Shown in pieces: positions 41,328 to 51,868 of a stretch of 64,000 nucleotides of DNA. The translations under genes were made by a program, and so were the position numbers. Within the stretch, counting starts at the first letter, position 1. Each line of letters opens with the position of its first letter. The DNA comes from Aulosira sp. ZfuVER01 (GTDB lineage: Bacteria; Cyanobacteriota; Cyanobacteriia; Cyanobacteriales; Nostocaceae), in assembly GCA_034530615.2 (NCBI GenBank), contig JAVRCV020000039.1:1-64000 (forward strand), in the 5' to 3' direction. The notes under the pieces were generated by a model. It ran no database searches. It saw nothing but the letters and a program-made list of their open reading frames with translations, and had not been told where the DNA came from.

Positions 41328-44300
41328 ATGCTCAGGCGTCTATTTCAGTGGCTTAAAAAGTTATTTCAGCATCCTTTTAGCAGTCGAAAACCCATTTCTC
41401 GAAATGTTGCAAAGGGATACGGAGTGGTCAATTCACCACCCGAACTTAGTAATGCGGATTTAGAACTGTTGTTTACCCAGTTGCTAGAAGGCGTGCAACA
41501 AGCACGAGGCAGACAGTGGGCGCTGAAGTACTTGCAACGGATGGAACATCGCATTTCTGATGAGCGCTGGATAGATTGGCTGTTGAGCTTTGGTGAAAGA
41601 TTATTGAATTCACCCGCACCTAACCATCAGTTAGCAGCGCGGATGATCCAGCTGGGTGAACTGGGGATCGGCAGAGTTGGCGACCTATCTTATGATATTG
41701 GTCTTAGCCTGCTGAAGCGCAACTCAGCGACAGAGTATGAAGCGATTGAGGAGCTAGATCCTCATCTGGCGATGGAAAGTATAAGATCTGAAAACCACTT
41801 GGTAAACTCTCCGGGGCAAGAGTTGATCCGTAACTTAGGCGATCGCTTGTGGGATTATGACGAGGAAGAACCGGAAATCCTCCCAATTCCTGAAATGACT
41901 GCTGTTGAAGAAACATGGACAGGCAATATCGGGGAATATTTGTGGGAGTATGAAGGAGACGATGTGGAAATTCCCAGGCGAGCGACGCTCCTAGATCCTG
42001 GAGAAGATAATGAAATCGCCAACTTATTCGATTTGTTTTCGGAGCCGGAAGAGGAAGAGCCAGAAATTATTACGCCAGTTACTAATCTCAATCCCTCAAC
42101 AGAACATCCAAACCTGACTCCGCCTCCACAAGCTACTAGCTCAACTCCGCCCACAGAAAACATGAGCCTGACTCCCCCACCAGAAGATGGCAAAGGAGAA
42201 TTATCAGAAGCGGCGACATGGGATAAATCTTTAGCGAAATTAGAGCCAAATGTCGCCCAAGCCTTTGATGAATTGTTGGTTAGGTTGGATCAAAGTACTT
42301 CTTTAGTCCAAGAACTTGCTGCTGAACTGGCAATTCAACGCAATAATTCGCAAATTGTTCCGCAGCAAAAAATCGATCGGGCACAAGCTTGGTTTTACCA
42401 AGGTCTTCAGCAAGCTAGAACTGGAGATTTATTAGGAGCGATCGCATCTTACGACGCCGCAATCGAACTCAAACCCCATGTTGATGAATATTGGTTCAAC
42501 CGAGCTTTAACACTATTTCATTTAGAACATTTTGTTGAGGCGATCGCATCTTACGACAAAGCTATAGAACTCAAACCCGATTACTACAAAGCTTGGTATA
42601 ACCGGGGGGGAATTCTCGGTGAATTAGGAGAATTTGACGCAGCAGTTATTTCTTTTGAGCGAGTAATTGCCATCAAGCCAGATTTTGCTGAAGCTTGGTC
42701 TAGTAGGGGTTTGGCACTGATGAAGTTAGGGCAATTATTAGAAGCAATTGCCAGTTATGACCAAGCTTTAGTTTTGCAACCACAAGACCCAGAAAACTGG
42801 TATTACCGAGGTATAGCCTTGGGTGTCAGCGAACAACATGAAGAAGCGATCGCATCTTACGATAAAGCTTTAGCAATTCAACCCGATTACTATGAAGTCT
42901 GGATCGATCGGGGCGTGGTGTTGTTTAATTTGGGAAGGTGGTCAGAAGCGATCGCTTCTTGGGATAAAGCACTCTCGATTCAAGCTGAATTCTACTTAGC
43001 CTGGTACAACCGAGGTGTGGCTTTAGAAAATTTAGGACGCCGTGAAGAAGCAATTGACTCCTACCGCAAAGCTATAGCCATCAAACCGGACTTCCATTTA
43101 GCTTGGTATAACCAGGCGGTGGCGCTATTTTATTTAGGACGATATGCAGATGCGATCGCTTCCTATGATAGTGCTTTACAAATCAAGTTTGATTATTGGG
43201 AAGCTTGGATTGGGCGAGGAACGGCTGCTGGTAATTTAGTTAATCCTGATGCGCTTTCTGGTTTGTTTACTACCATCACAGCTACAAATACTGCCTTAAA
43301 GGAAAGTGGCTATGAAGGCAAATTAGCTAGCTACGAAGCTGGTTTGAAATATGTTCGCCCAGATACGCACCCAGAAGGTTGGGGGAGATTGCATTTAGCG
43401 ATCGCCAATACTCATTACGAGCAAGGCAAGAAAAATGGTGTCACCCGCACTCATTGGCAAAAATCTGTAGCTGCGTATAATCAGGCACTGTTAACCCTGA
43501 CTAGTGAAGACTTTCCTCAGTTACACCTGGAAGTCTTACAATCCCTCATCAAAACCCTTGTGGGTTTAGGACAAACAGCACAAGCACAAGAATTTCTGCA
43601 ATACAGCACAAATTTATTACAACAGTTGCTCAGTGAGCATACACGTTCTGAGGATAGTAAAAAACAGCTAGCTCTGAAATTTGCAGGCTTGAGGCAACTA
43701 GTAGTTGATTTAGCTGTAGATTACGGTGACTTAGTAGAAGCCTGGGAAATTGCCGAACAAGCTAAAAATGCTTGTTTAACCTGGCTACTTGATGGTTGGC
43801 AAGACGAGATTGACTCACTTAGCTATGCTGAAGTTCAGCCACTATTAAATCCTCAAACAGCAATTATTTACTGGCATATTAGCCCCGCCGCTTTACATAC
43901 ATTTGTTCTCAAAGATCAAGCGCCTTCACCCATCCTGATATTCACACCGATGCAAGATGCAGGGGTATTTAGCTTAGGTAAAACCCCCATGCGTCTGCAC
44001 GAAGTTCCTCTCCCCGAAGCAGTTAGACGTTTGATTGCTTTTGAAGATTGGCTGGAAAATTGGAATCAACAATATCAAGAATATTGCAGCCACTCTTCAG
44101 ATAAACAAAATCAAAGCAATCATTCCTGGCGAATGGATATGGAGCAAAGGCTATTAGAGCTAAAAAATATCCTCAACATTTCTACCATCACTCAGGAACT
44201 TGAAGGAATTACCCAACTAATTTTAATTCCCCACCGCGACTTGCAAAGACTACCTCTCCATGCGCTTTTTGATGCTTCTTCTGTTGAGGAATTGCCAAGT

Positions 44301-45110
44301 GAAGAGGCGAATTTTACTATCAGCTATTTGCCCAGCGTCCAAACAGGATTAACAATAAAATCTGAAACCATAGGAGATACAAATAATCAACTATTCCTCA
44401 GTGTTGAAAATCCTCATAGTACAGATTATCCACCCCTAAAGTTTGCCAAACTGCAAGCGGAGATTGTCAGCCATATATTCCCTAATTCTCACCGGATTCA
44501 GGGAGTACAAGCTAATAAAAATAACGTGCATCATGAATTTGTTAATGACTACAATATATTTCACTTTATCGGGCATATCGTTAATAATTCTAGTGAACCG
44601 AAAAAATCAGAATTGGCATTAGCTGGGGCAGACAAACTCACATTAGAAGAAATCTCTCAACAATCTTTAATAAGTTACAACCTGGTTAACCTATCAGCTT
44701 GTGAAGCTATAAATGCAAACAATCACATAGTTACTAGCGAATATGTGAGTTTAGTAAATGGTTTTCTGATGGGAGGAGTATCTCAGATTGTAAATACTCT
44801 GTGGGCTGTAGAATCAGTTGCCAATGACTTAGTAGTTATAGAGTTTTATCGACGGCTACAGCCAGATAAATCAGCAGCTACTACCTTAGCTGAAGTGACA
44901 GCATGGCTGCGAGAACTCACTGCAAGTGAATTAACAAAATGGTATGAAGATTTACTAAATAATCTACATCCCGAAGATTTACGAATTAGGACTCATGTAG
45001 CAACACAAATGTATAGAAGCAGTAAACTACCACCAGAGCAAAAGCTATATTGTCATCCTTACTATTGGGCGGCATTTACAATTACAGGTAGGTCTAGTGA
45101 AAGTATTTAA
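41328..45110 (+). CDS. TPR-repeat + CHAT (caspase-like) domain protein
   Basis: Multiple TPRs (AIASYDKA..KPD..AWYNRG). CHAT motifs LILIPH..L..LPLHA, HFIGH, LSACE, LWAV, HPYYWAAF. Confidence 0.9.
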   Translation: MLRRLFQWLKKLFQHPFSSRKPISRNVAKGYGVVNSPPELSNADLELLFTQLLEGVQQARGRQWALKYLQRMEHRISDERWIDWLLSFGERLLNSPAPNHQLAARMIQLGELGIGRVGDLSYDIGLSLLKRNSATEYEAIEELDPHLAMESIRSENHLVNSPGQELIRNLGDRLWDYDEEEPEILPIPEMTAVEETWTGNIGEYLWEYEGDDVEIPRRATLLDPGEDNEIANLFDLFSEPEEEEPEIITPVTNLNPSTEHPNLTPPPQATSSTPPTENMSLTPPPEDGKGELSEAATWDKSLAKLEPNVAQAFDELLVRLDQSTSLVQELAAELAIQRNNSQIVPQQKIDRAQAWFYQGLQQARTGDLLGAIASYDAAIELKPHVDEYWFNRALTLFHLEHFVEAIASYDKAIELKPDYYKAWYNRGGILGELGEFDAAVISFERVIAIKPDFAEAWSSRGLALMKLGQLLEAIASYDQALVLQPQDPENWYYRGIALGVSEQHEEAIASYDKALAIQPDYYEVWIDRGVVLFNLGRWSEAIASWDKALSIQAEFYLAWYNRGVALENLGRREEAIDSYRKAIAIKPDFHLAWYNQAVALFYLGRYADAIASYDSALQIKFDYWEAWIGRGTAAGNLVNPDALSGLFTTITATNTALKESGYEGKLASYEAGLKYVRPDTHPEGWGRLHLAIANTHYEQGKKNGVTRTHWQKSVAAYNQALLTLTSEDFPQLHLEVLQSLIKTLVGLGQTAQAQEFLQYSTNLLQQLLSEHTRSEDSKKQLALKFAGLRQLVVDLAVDYGDLVEAWEIAEQAKNACLTWLLDGWQDEIDSLSYAEVQPLLNPQTAIIYWHISPAALHTFVLKDQAPSPILIFTPMQDAGVFSLGKTPMRLHEVPLPEAVRRLIAFEDWLENWNQQYQEYCSHSSDKQNQSNHSWRMDMEQRLLELKNILNISTITQELEGITQLILIPHRDLQRLPLHALFDASSVEELPSEEANFTISYLPSVQTGLTIKSETIGDTNNQLFLSVENPHSTDYPPLKFAKLQAEIVSHIFPNSHRIQGVQANKNNVHHEFVNDYNIFHFIGHIVNNSSEPKKSELALAGADKLTLEEISQQSLISYNLVNLSACEAINANNHIVTSEYVSLVNGFLMGGVSQIVNTLWAVESVANDLVVIEFYRRLQPDKSAATTLAEVTAWLRELTASELTKWYEDLLNNLHPEDLRIRTHVATQMYRSSKLPPEQKLYCHPYYWAAFTITGRSSESI

Positions 45111-45146
45111 TTAGTTGCCCATTAAATCTTGAAAAATAACAAAACT

Positions 45147-45503
45147 ATGGAAACTAAAGCGGAAAACGATACCAGGCTGACTTGCGAAGTAGAAATTACA
45201 TTAGAGGTAATTGGTGGACGCTGGAAAGTTTTGATTATTAGAGAATTAATGGCAGGGGTAAAGCGCTTTGGTGAATTACAGAGGGCTTTACCCGGAATTA
45301 CTCAAAAGATGCTGACTCAGCAACTTCGAGAAATGGAAGATGATGGCATTATTCATCGCGAGGTTTATCCACAAATTCCCCCCAAAGTAGAATACTCATT
45401 GACGCCTTTGGGAGAAAGCCTGCAACCTATTCTTAATGCAATGCATGAATGGGGTGTGAAACATTTTTCAGAAATACGTCGGCATAGAATAAATGAGCAA
45501 TAA
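45147..45503 (+). CDS. HxlR-family winged-helix transcriptional regulator
   Basis: [34 protein letters not shown]. Confidence 0.92.
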   Translation: METKAENDTRLTCEVEITLEVIGGRWKVLIIRELMAGVKRFGELQRALPGITQKMLTQQLREMEDDGIIHREVYPQIPPKVEYSLTPLGESLQPILNAMHEWGVKHFSEIRRHRINEQ

Positions 45504-45650
45504 TCTTCCTAACTTAGTTGTCTGATATCTCTAAAGCGGTTGTTAGAGAAAGAAGAGATATGTCTTAAAAGTAGAGGCTGAAACAACACAAAATCGTTCC
45601 TTGTGAGCGCATCTCATGGAATTTATTGCATGAGTCGGCTTTTTGGATAT

Positions 45651-45705
45651 CGAACCACAGATGGACGCAGATAAATATCTGTGTTCATCTGGGTTTATCT
45701 GTGTT
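45651..45705. repeat. Gene-less palindromic periodic repeat related to the GxxExxY flanks
   Basis: gaaccacagatggacgcagata / tatctgtgttcatctgggtttatctgtg. Confidence 0.55.
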
Positions 45706-46265
45706 TTTTTTATTCTTATGTAGATTTTTGCAATAACTCTACTGAATCTGCTTAACTGAATTTTGCAAGAAGTCTACTGTTGATAAACAATTTAGTATTG
45801 CTGGAAGAATTATCAATTTTAGGCATTTTAAGCTAATACAAACAGATTTAACAGTGAATATTGCTTTAAAGACCATGCTAGGTGGTTTTATAGGAAATTG
45901 CAGCCCAATCATCGAAATATAATTGGCGTTAAAATAATTAATATCCATCTGTGATTCTGATATTAAGCAGTAAAAAAGTAGATTATAAAATTTAGTAAAA
46001 ATATATTATTAACTTTTGTCTCAAGTATGCCATAATGGCACGAGCCGAAAGGTAATACCTAATTGAATGCCCCTAACTACCATAGGGGTAAATTGCTCAT
46101 TTGCTAACAAGCAAGCTCTACATTTAGTTAGTCACTAATAAGGTAGAGCTTGGTTAGCAGTTAGCAAATAATTTTAGGTATTTTTACATATCAGACTCTT
46201 GGAAAATTGAGCAAGAGACAAGTTTTTCAAAAATTTTTCTACAGCAGATTTAGGAATAAATAGCG

Positions 46266-48149
46266 ATGAATTTGTTGGAGTTGGCAAATGACGCGGTTGA
46301 TTTAATATCTAACGCCGATAATAAGACAAGTTTAGACTTAATGGACGCCGCTTATCCACGTCCGCAGTTGCAGCGAATTTCAAGCACTGATTCTAGGCGA
46401 TCGCATTGGCAAAGTCTCAACGGTCTATGGAAGTTCGCATTTGATGACCAAGGCAAATGCGCTCACCCTAGTAACCTGAGCCAATGGACACATGATATAG
46501 AAGTTCCCTTTGCTCCCGAATCTATCAAAAGTGGGATTGGCGATACTGGGTTTCACCCCAATTGCTGGTATGAGCGGGAATTTGCAACACCCCCAGGTGA
46601 GGGCAGGTTATTACTGCACTTTGGTGCTGTGGACTATCGCGCTCGTGTTTGGGTGAACGATCAATACATCGGTGAGCATGAAGGCGGACACACCAATTTC
46701 ACGATGGATATTACCTCTGTCTTAAATGACAGTGGCATGACCAAAGTGACAGTCTGGGCGCAGGACGATCCGCACGACCTTGCCAAGCCTCGTGGTAAGC
46801 AGGATTGGCAACTGGAACCGCACAGTATTTGGTATCCTCGCACAACTGGAATTTGGCAGACAGTTTGGGTGGAACGTGTGGGGGTGACTTATCTAGATCA
46901 CATCCGCTGGACTCCCGATTTTGAACGCTGGGAAATTGGCTGTTATGCAGCGCTTGCAGGAGATGCGCCAGCTTCGGGTATCCAAATGAAGATGAAATTG
47001 ACAGTGGGCGATCGCGTTTTGGCGAATGATACTTATGAAGTATTCAATGGCGAGATTAACCGCCGCATTTCTCTTTCAGACCCAGGTATTGACGACTACC
47101 GTAACGAATTATTGTGGAGTCCAGAAAAACCCACATTAATCAATGCTTTTATTCAGTTGTGGTATAACGGACAACTACTTGAAGAAGTAATATCTTACAC
47201 AGCAATGCGGACTGTAAGCATACAGCGCGATCGCTTTATGCTCAATGGTCGTCCTTACTATTTGCGTTTGGTTCTAGACCAAGGCTACTGGGCTGATAGC
47301 CTGATGACTTCGCCCGACGATCTGGCGTTGCGGCGAGATGTGGAACTAGCAAAAGCAATGGGTTTCAACGGAGTCCGCAAGCACCAAAAAATTGAAGACC
47401 CCCGCTTTTTATATTGGGCAGACGTGCTGGGATTGTTAGTATGGGAGGAGATGCCTAGCGCTTATCGCTTCTCCCCGAAAGCAGTGGAACGCATGACGCA
47501 TGAGTGGACGGAAGTTATCAAGCGTGATGCCAATCATCCGTGTATTGTCGCTTGGGTGCCATTTAATGAGTCTTGGGGAGTGCCAAATCTGGTTGAGACA
47601 CAGGCTCACCGGAACTATGTTTTGGCGATGTATCACTTAACCAAAACCCTCGACCCGACTCGCCCAGTGATTGGTAATGATGGCTGGGAAAGTACAGATA
47701 CTGATATTCTCGCCATCCATGACTACGACACCAATCCCCAGCATTTAGCTCATCGCTATGGGCCAGAAGTGCAGCTATCAGATTTATTTAATCGTCAGCG
47801 TCCTGGAGGGCGTATCCTCACACTGGACAACTATCCTCATCAGGGACAGCCAGTAATGCTGACCGAGTTCGGCGGAATTGCCTATGCGCCAGAAGATCAG
47901 CCTGATACTAACAAAGCCTGGGGATACGAGCGTTGCTGGAATCTCTCGGAATTAGAAATCAAATACACTGCTTTGCTGGAAAGTGTGAATAACATCGATA
48001 TGTTCAGCGGTTTCTGTTACACACAATTCACCGATACCTTCCAAGAAGCTAACGGGTTGTTGTACGCCGATCGCACACCGAAAATTCCACTAGAGACGAT
48101 ACGTGCCGCCACCCTTTCTGGAGGATTATGTACTCCCACAAGTTGTTAA
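46266..48149 (+). CDS. Glycoside hydrolase family 2
   Basis: LHFGAVDY, GIWQTVW, LDQGYW, GFNGVRKHQK, acid/base FNESWG, nucleophile LTEFGG. Confidence 0.9.
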   Translation: MNLLELANDAVDLISNADNKTSLDLMDAAYPRPQLQRISSTDSRRSHWQSLNGLWKFAFDDQGKCAHPSNLSQWTHDIEVPFAPESIKSGIGDTGFHPNCWYEREFATPPGEGRLLLHFGAVDYRARVWVNDQYIGEHEGGHTNFTMDITSVLNDSGMTKVTVWAQDDPHDLAKPRGKQDWQLEPHSIWYPRTTGIWQTVWVERVGVTYLDHIRWTPDFERWEIGCYAALAGDAPASGIQMKMKLTVGDRVLANDTYEVFNGEINRRISLSDPGIDDYRNELLWSPEKPTLINAFIQLWYNGQLLEEVISYTAMRTVSIQRDRFMLNGRPYYLRLVLDQGYWADSLMTSPDDLALRRDVELAKAMGFNGVRKHQKIEDPRFLYWADVLGLLVWEEMPSAYRFSPKAVERMTHEWTEVIKRDANHPCIVAWVPFNESWGVPNLVETQAHRNYVLAMYHLTKTLDPTRPVIGNDGWESTDTDILAIHDYDTNPQHLAHRYGPEVQLSDLFNRQRPGGRILTLDNYPHQGQPVMLTEFGGIAYAPEDQPDTNKAWGYERCWNLSELEIKYTALLESVNNIDMFSGFCYTQFTDTFQEANGLLYADRTPKIPLETIRAATLSGGLCTPTSC

Positions 48150-49228
48150 AGCCAGATGGCCGCCAACTGACTTTATATAGTCGATATCCAATTTCCCAAG
48201 ATATAACGGCTACTAGTCCCAGTAATGAGCCAGTGCAAGCAAATCCCCACCTGCGCTGGCACCCTTTACGGGGTGAATGGGTAGCTTACGCCAGTCATCG
48301 TCAAGGGCGGACTTTCATGCCGCCTCCAGAATATAACCCCCTCGCACCTACTAGCAACCGAGAGTTTCCCACAGAACTACCCCAAGGGAAGTATGACATA
48401 GCTGTGTTCGATAACCGCTTTCCTTCTCTGAAGGCAACAGCACACAATCCACCAGCTAGCATTGTGGAAACTTTACCTGCTAATGGAGCGTGTGAGGTAG
48501 TGGTTTTTACTCAAGACCCCCATGCTTCCCTCAGTTCCTTAGAATTAGCTCATCTAGAATTGCTGTTACAAGTGTGGGGCGATCGCACCCGTGAACTCGG
48601 AGAAAATCCGCAAATTCACTATGTGTTGCCCTTTGAAAATAAAGGTGTAGAGGTAGGCGTAACTTTACACCATCCCCACGGGCAAATTTATGCTTATCCT
48701 TTTATACCGCCCGTCCCAGCAAGGATGCTGGAGATGCAGCGGCAATTTTATGAGAAAAATCAGCGGGGTTTGTTAGCAGATCTAATTCAAAAAGAGATAG
48801 CTGACAACCAACGAATTATTTATCAGGATGAAGAAGCGATTGCCTTCGTCCCCGTATGTGCGCGTTACCCTTACGAAGTTTGGATTGCGCCCATACAACC
48901 AGTACCAAGCTTTTACGATCTGAGTGCAAAACAACGTCAGGGGCTAGCCAGGGCATTAAAAACCGTCACTCTTAAATATGACGGTTTGTGGAATCGCCCA
49001 TTTCCTTACCTCATGGCTTGGTTTGGTGCGCCAACAGACGGTAAACCCCATCCCGAAGCTCATTTACACGCCCAGTTTTATCCACCCTATCGCACAACCG
49101 ACAAGCTGAAGTACTTAGCAGGAACCGAACTCGCCGCCGGAATGTTTGCCAATGATGCTTTACCAGAGGAGAAAGCGAAGGAGTTACAGGGGGTGGCTGT
49201 AAATATTGAAATGCCGATTTCCGTATAA
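48128..49228 (+). CDS. galT: Galactose-1-phosphate uridylyltransferase
   Basis: FDNRFP, CEVVVF, FENKG..VGVTLHHPHGQIY. Confidence 0.92.
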   Translation: MYSHKLLKPDGRQLTLYSRYPISQDITATSPSNEPVQANPHLRWHPLRGEWVAYASHRQGRTFMPPPEYNPLAPTSNREFPTELPQGKYDIAVFDNRFPSLKATAHNPPASIVETLPANGACEVVVFTQDPHASLSSLELAHLELLLQVWGDRTRELGENPQIHYVLPFENKGVEVGVTLHHPHGQIYAYPFIPPVPARMLEMQRQFYEKNQRGLLADLIQKEIADNQRIIYQDEEAIAFVPVCARYPYEVWIAPIQPVPSFYDLSAKQRQGLARALKTVTLKYDGLWNRPFPYLMAWFGAPTDGKPHPEAHLHAQFYPPYRTTDKLKYLAGTELAAGMFANDALPEEKAKELQGVAVNIEMPISV

Positions 49229-49251
49229 AAGGGAAATAGGTAAACTAAAAC

Positions 49252-49277
49252 AAGCGCATCCGTTACAAGATGCGCTT
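49252..49277. terminator. Hairpin between convergent galT and marR
   Basis: aagcgcatc-cgttacaa-gatgcgctt. Confidence 0.55.
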
Positions 49278-49344
49278 ATTGTACTTGGGTGGGAGTGATT
49301 TCGGTGTAGCGTATGATTTTTTGCGAATTCTGCACTCACCCGCG

Positions 49345-49857
49345 TTAAGTCAATTCGCTATAACGTTGACCCACTGGACAATTTAGACAGTTTGTTTCAT
49401 CACATAAACGGCAGATACTTAAGGCACTATCCTTCGTTTTTGTCAGAGAAAACAATAGTTGGTTACTGATGCGGCACAAATGTAGGCGGTCTTTTGAAGA
49501 TAGAGAAGCGATCGCTTCCTCAATTGCCAATAGCCGTGCTTGATGGATTTTGCTCACCAAAGCTTCCCCTTCTTGGGTCAATTTCAGCTCTACAGCTCTG
49601 CGATCGACAGAGCAACGTTCACGGAGAATTAATCCTTGTTTCTCCAGTCGCTCTACAAGCCGCACTGCACCTGGATGCGACATCCCAAGGGCGCGGCGCA
49701 ATTGTTCAATCGGTATCCCAGGTGCATGTCTGACCAAGCAAAGAGCCTCGGTAGCCGGGCCTGCATCATCGATCATTCCCTTTGCCGACTGGGCTACCGA
49801 ATCTGTTAAAGCAAGGGCTAAAGCCCCCACTACATTTGCAAGGTTAGTGTTTTCCAT
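49345..49857 (-). CDS. MarR-family regulator with C-terminal Cys cluster
   Basis: GMSHPGAVRLVERLE..GLI.R...DRRAV.L.LT..G; ends CRLCDETNCLNCP. Confidence 0.88.
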   Translation of the reverse strand: MENTNLANVVGALALALTDSVAQSAKGMIDDAGPATEALCLVRHAPGIPIEQLRRALGMSHPGAVRLVERLEKQGLILRERCSVDRRAVELKLTQEGEALVSKIHQARLLAIEEAIASLSSKDRLHLCRISNQLLFSLTKTKDSALSICRLCDETNCLNCPVGQRYSELT

Positions 49858-49866
49858 ACCTAAATT

Positions 49867-49927
49867 ATATGCTTCATGCATATTGACATCAAGCAAAACT
49901 GCTAGTTAATATATGCGTCAAGCATAC
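49867..49927. promoter_or_regulatory. Two palindromic operator sites straddling a sigma70-type promoter for the GNAT gene
   Basis: ATATGC-N5-GCATAT (49867-49883) and ATATGC-N5-GCATAC (49911-49927). TTGACA at 49883 and TAATAT at 49907. Confidence 0.65.
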
Positions 49928-49940
49928 AATTAAGTTCTCC

Positions 49941-50411
49941 ATGATCCGACCTACAAAACCCGAAGATGCAGCGGCGCTAATTGCTGTAGCGAACACAATC
50001 GGTTTCGAGCCGAACGAGCTTGAGGATCTTCGCAAGATGCTGGCTGACTACTTCGTTAGCAACACCGACAGCGATCCCTTCTGGATCACTGACGACGATG
50101 AAAAAGATGGGCCTGTAGGAGTCGCCTACTGTGAGCCTGAACGGATGACCGATCGGACGTGGAATCTACAATTGATCGCCATTCGCCCCGATCGCCAGGG
50201 ACAAGGACGCGGTGGGAAACTGCTGGGCTACGTTGAAGAAACTTTGAAGGCGCGCGGTGGACGAATGCTACTGGTAGAAACGTTAGCAAGCTTCGAGCGC
50301 ACACGTAAGTTCTACGCGAAGTGCGGATTCGAGGAAGAGGCTCGCATCCGGGACTTCTACACGGCGGGCGCTGATAAGATTGTGTTTCGTAAAGTTTTAA
50401 ATCCGGTCTAG
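49941..50411 (+). CDS. GNAT family N-acetyltransferase
   Basis: IAIRPDRQGQGRGGKLL, FYAKCGF. Visibly more GC-rich than its neighbours. Confidence 0.9.
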   Translation: MIRPTKPEDAAALIAVANTIGFEPNELEDLRKMLADYFVSNTDSDPFWITDDDEKDGPVGVAYCEPERMTDRTWNLQLIAIRPDRQGQGRGGKLLGYVEETLKARGGRMLLVETLASFERTRKFYAKCGFEEEARIRDFYTAGADKIVFRKVLNPV

Positions 50412-50500
50412 ATTACATTCACCCATAAACAAATTTCGGTTCAGAAATGGGAGGTTTCTTGTATTGTTCAAGAACCATTTTTTTGTCATCATGATTTTAC

Positions 50501-51772
50501 TTAAGGGAGCCAATGCAACCCCTTATTCTGTAATTTCTGCTCGATATGCTGCATTTCTGTGATAGTTTCTCCAGCAACAATCCCATAAATGTCGGTGTAG
50601 ATTTTACCGTATTTGACCTTCTCTAAAGCGGACAGAATTATCAAGTCCTTGCGATCGAGTTCTGGTTTTAGAGACACTAAAATTGACTCCAATGTCCCCT
50701 CCATTCGGTAGCTACTAGAATATTTAGCCACCTCCTTTCCTCTTTCCAATAGAGTATGGCGTTGCAAGCATAGGGGAGTTGATCCATTAACTCGGAAATT
50801 AGCATCGATCGCATACATCTGTCCGTCTTTGTCTTCCAGCACATCGAAGCCAATCACGCCGAAATAACCATGTTTGTGAGCATACTGACCAATAGCAGCA
50901 ATCATCTCAAAGAACTTGCTCATGTCAGTGTTGCGGTAGTCAATCAGTCCCCCTAAATAGTTACCCTCACTCGTGACGAGTTGGCTGGTAGTACCAATGA
51001 GGGTGATATCTCCCATTTTGTTGACATAGAACTGTACGCAGTAGTTCTGCACTTCATTCTTGACAAACTCGGAGACAATAATCGTATCTAGCAACTTAAT
51101 ATCGAGATATTTCCTGATTTCTTCAAAGCAGTAATTTAAATCACTAGTGTTGTTGATGATATAAGTGCCTTCTCCTGAAAGTCCGTGAGAAGTTTTGATT
51201 AGGTATGGAAATTGTGGTAACTCAATGTCTTCCAGACTACAAGTGTGTAGATTGTAGCTCTTGTATTTTGGACATGATACCCCCAGTTCAGCCAGCGTTA
51301 CTTTGCTGAGTAAGCGGTAATGGGTGTCTGAATCAATAGCGTGTTTCTCAGGTTTGAGACAATCAAAGGGAAATAGAGTAATCAGTTTTTCAAAATGTTC
51401 GCTGTGGCTGAGATCATCTAAATAAGTTGAACAATCCATCATCGCCCTATTGGAGTAGCTGAAGCCGAAATGCTCTTGCCAGTATTTAATCAGGGACTTT
51501 GGCGGCTGAATAATGACAATTCCGGGAATGCGATCGCCTAATACAGCCAAATTTTTCCAAGGTTCTTTTTGGCAAATCTTGTCAAAGGAGGTTTTGCTAG
51601 CTTCACTACTCCCATCTTGAATAAAATATTTTTTCCGGTTGGGATAAGCAGCCCAACTAGCAGTTGCAGGGTAATTTAAGATAAACCCATAAGATGCATC
51701 TGTGATATCTTCAGCAAACAGATCAGAAAGAGAACTTCCTTGAAAGTATTGAAAGTTGTAAGTTGAATTCAT
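50501..51772 (-). CDS. ATP-grasp domain protein
   Basis: LIKTSHGLSGEG, VSEFV, GFDVLED, IDANFRVNGS. Confidence 0.8.
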   Translation of the reverse strand: MNSTYNFQYFQGSSLSDLFAEDITDASYGFILNYPATASWAAYPNRKKYFIQDGSSEASKTSFDKICQKEPWKNLAVLGDRIPGIVIIQPPKSLIKYWQEHFGFSYSNRAMMDCSTYLDDLSHSEHFEKLITLFPFDCLKPEKHAIDSDTHYRLLSKVTLAELGVSCPKYKSYNLHTCSLEDIELPQFPYLIKTSHGLSGEGTYIINNTSDLNYCFEEIRKYLDIKLLDTIIVSEFVKNEVQNYCVQFYVNKMGDITLIGTTSQLVTSEGNYLGGLIDYRNTDMSKFFEMIAAIGQYAHKHGYFGVIGFDVLEDKDGQMYAIDANFRVNGSTPLCLQRHTLLERGKEVAKYSSSYRMEGTLESILVSLKPELDRKDLIILSALEKVKYGKIYTDIYGIVAGETITEMQHIEQKLQNKGLHWLP

Positions 51773-51868
51773 TCACTCCTCCGAAAAACCCTACTCCTTT
51801 GTGGATGCGGTTGTTCAAACTTAAAAACCGATTTAAAATCTAAAATCTAAAATTCGGTTTTATACGAG

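Noticed and set aside
49280..49350. Integron attC after marR (ACTTAAC overlapping the stop, with an inverted repeat)
   Set aside because: No matching GTTRRRY end, no cassette array and no integrase.
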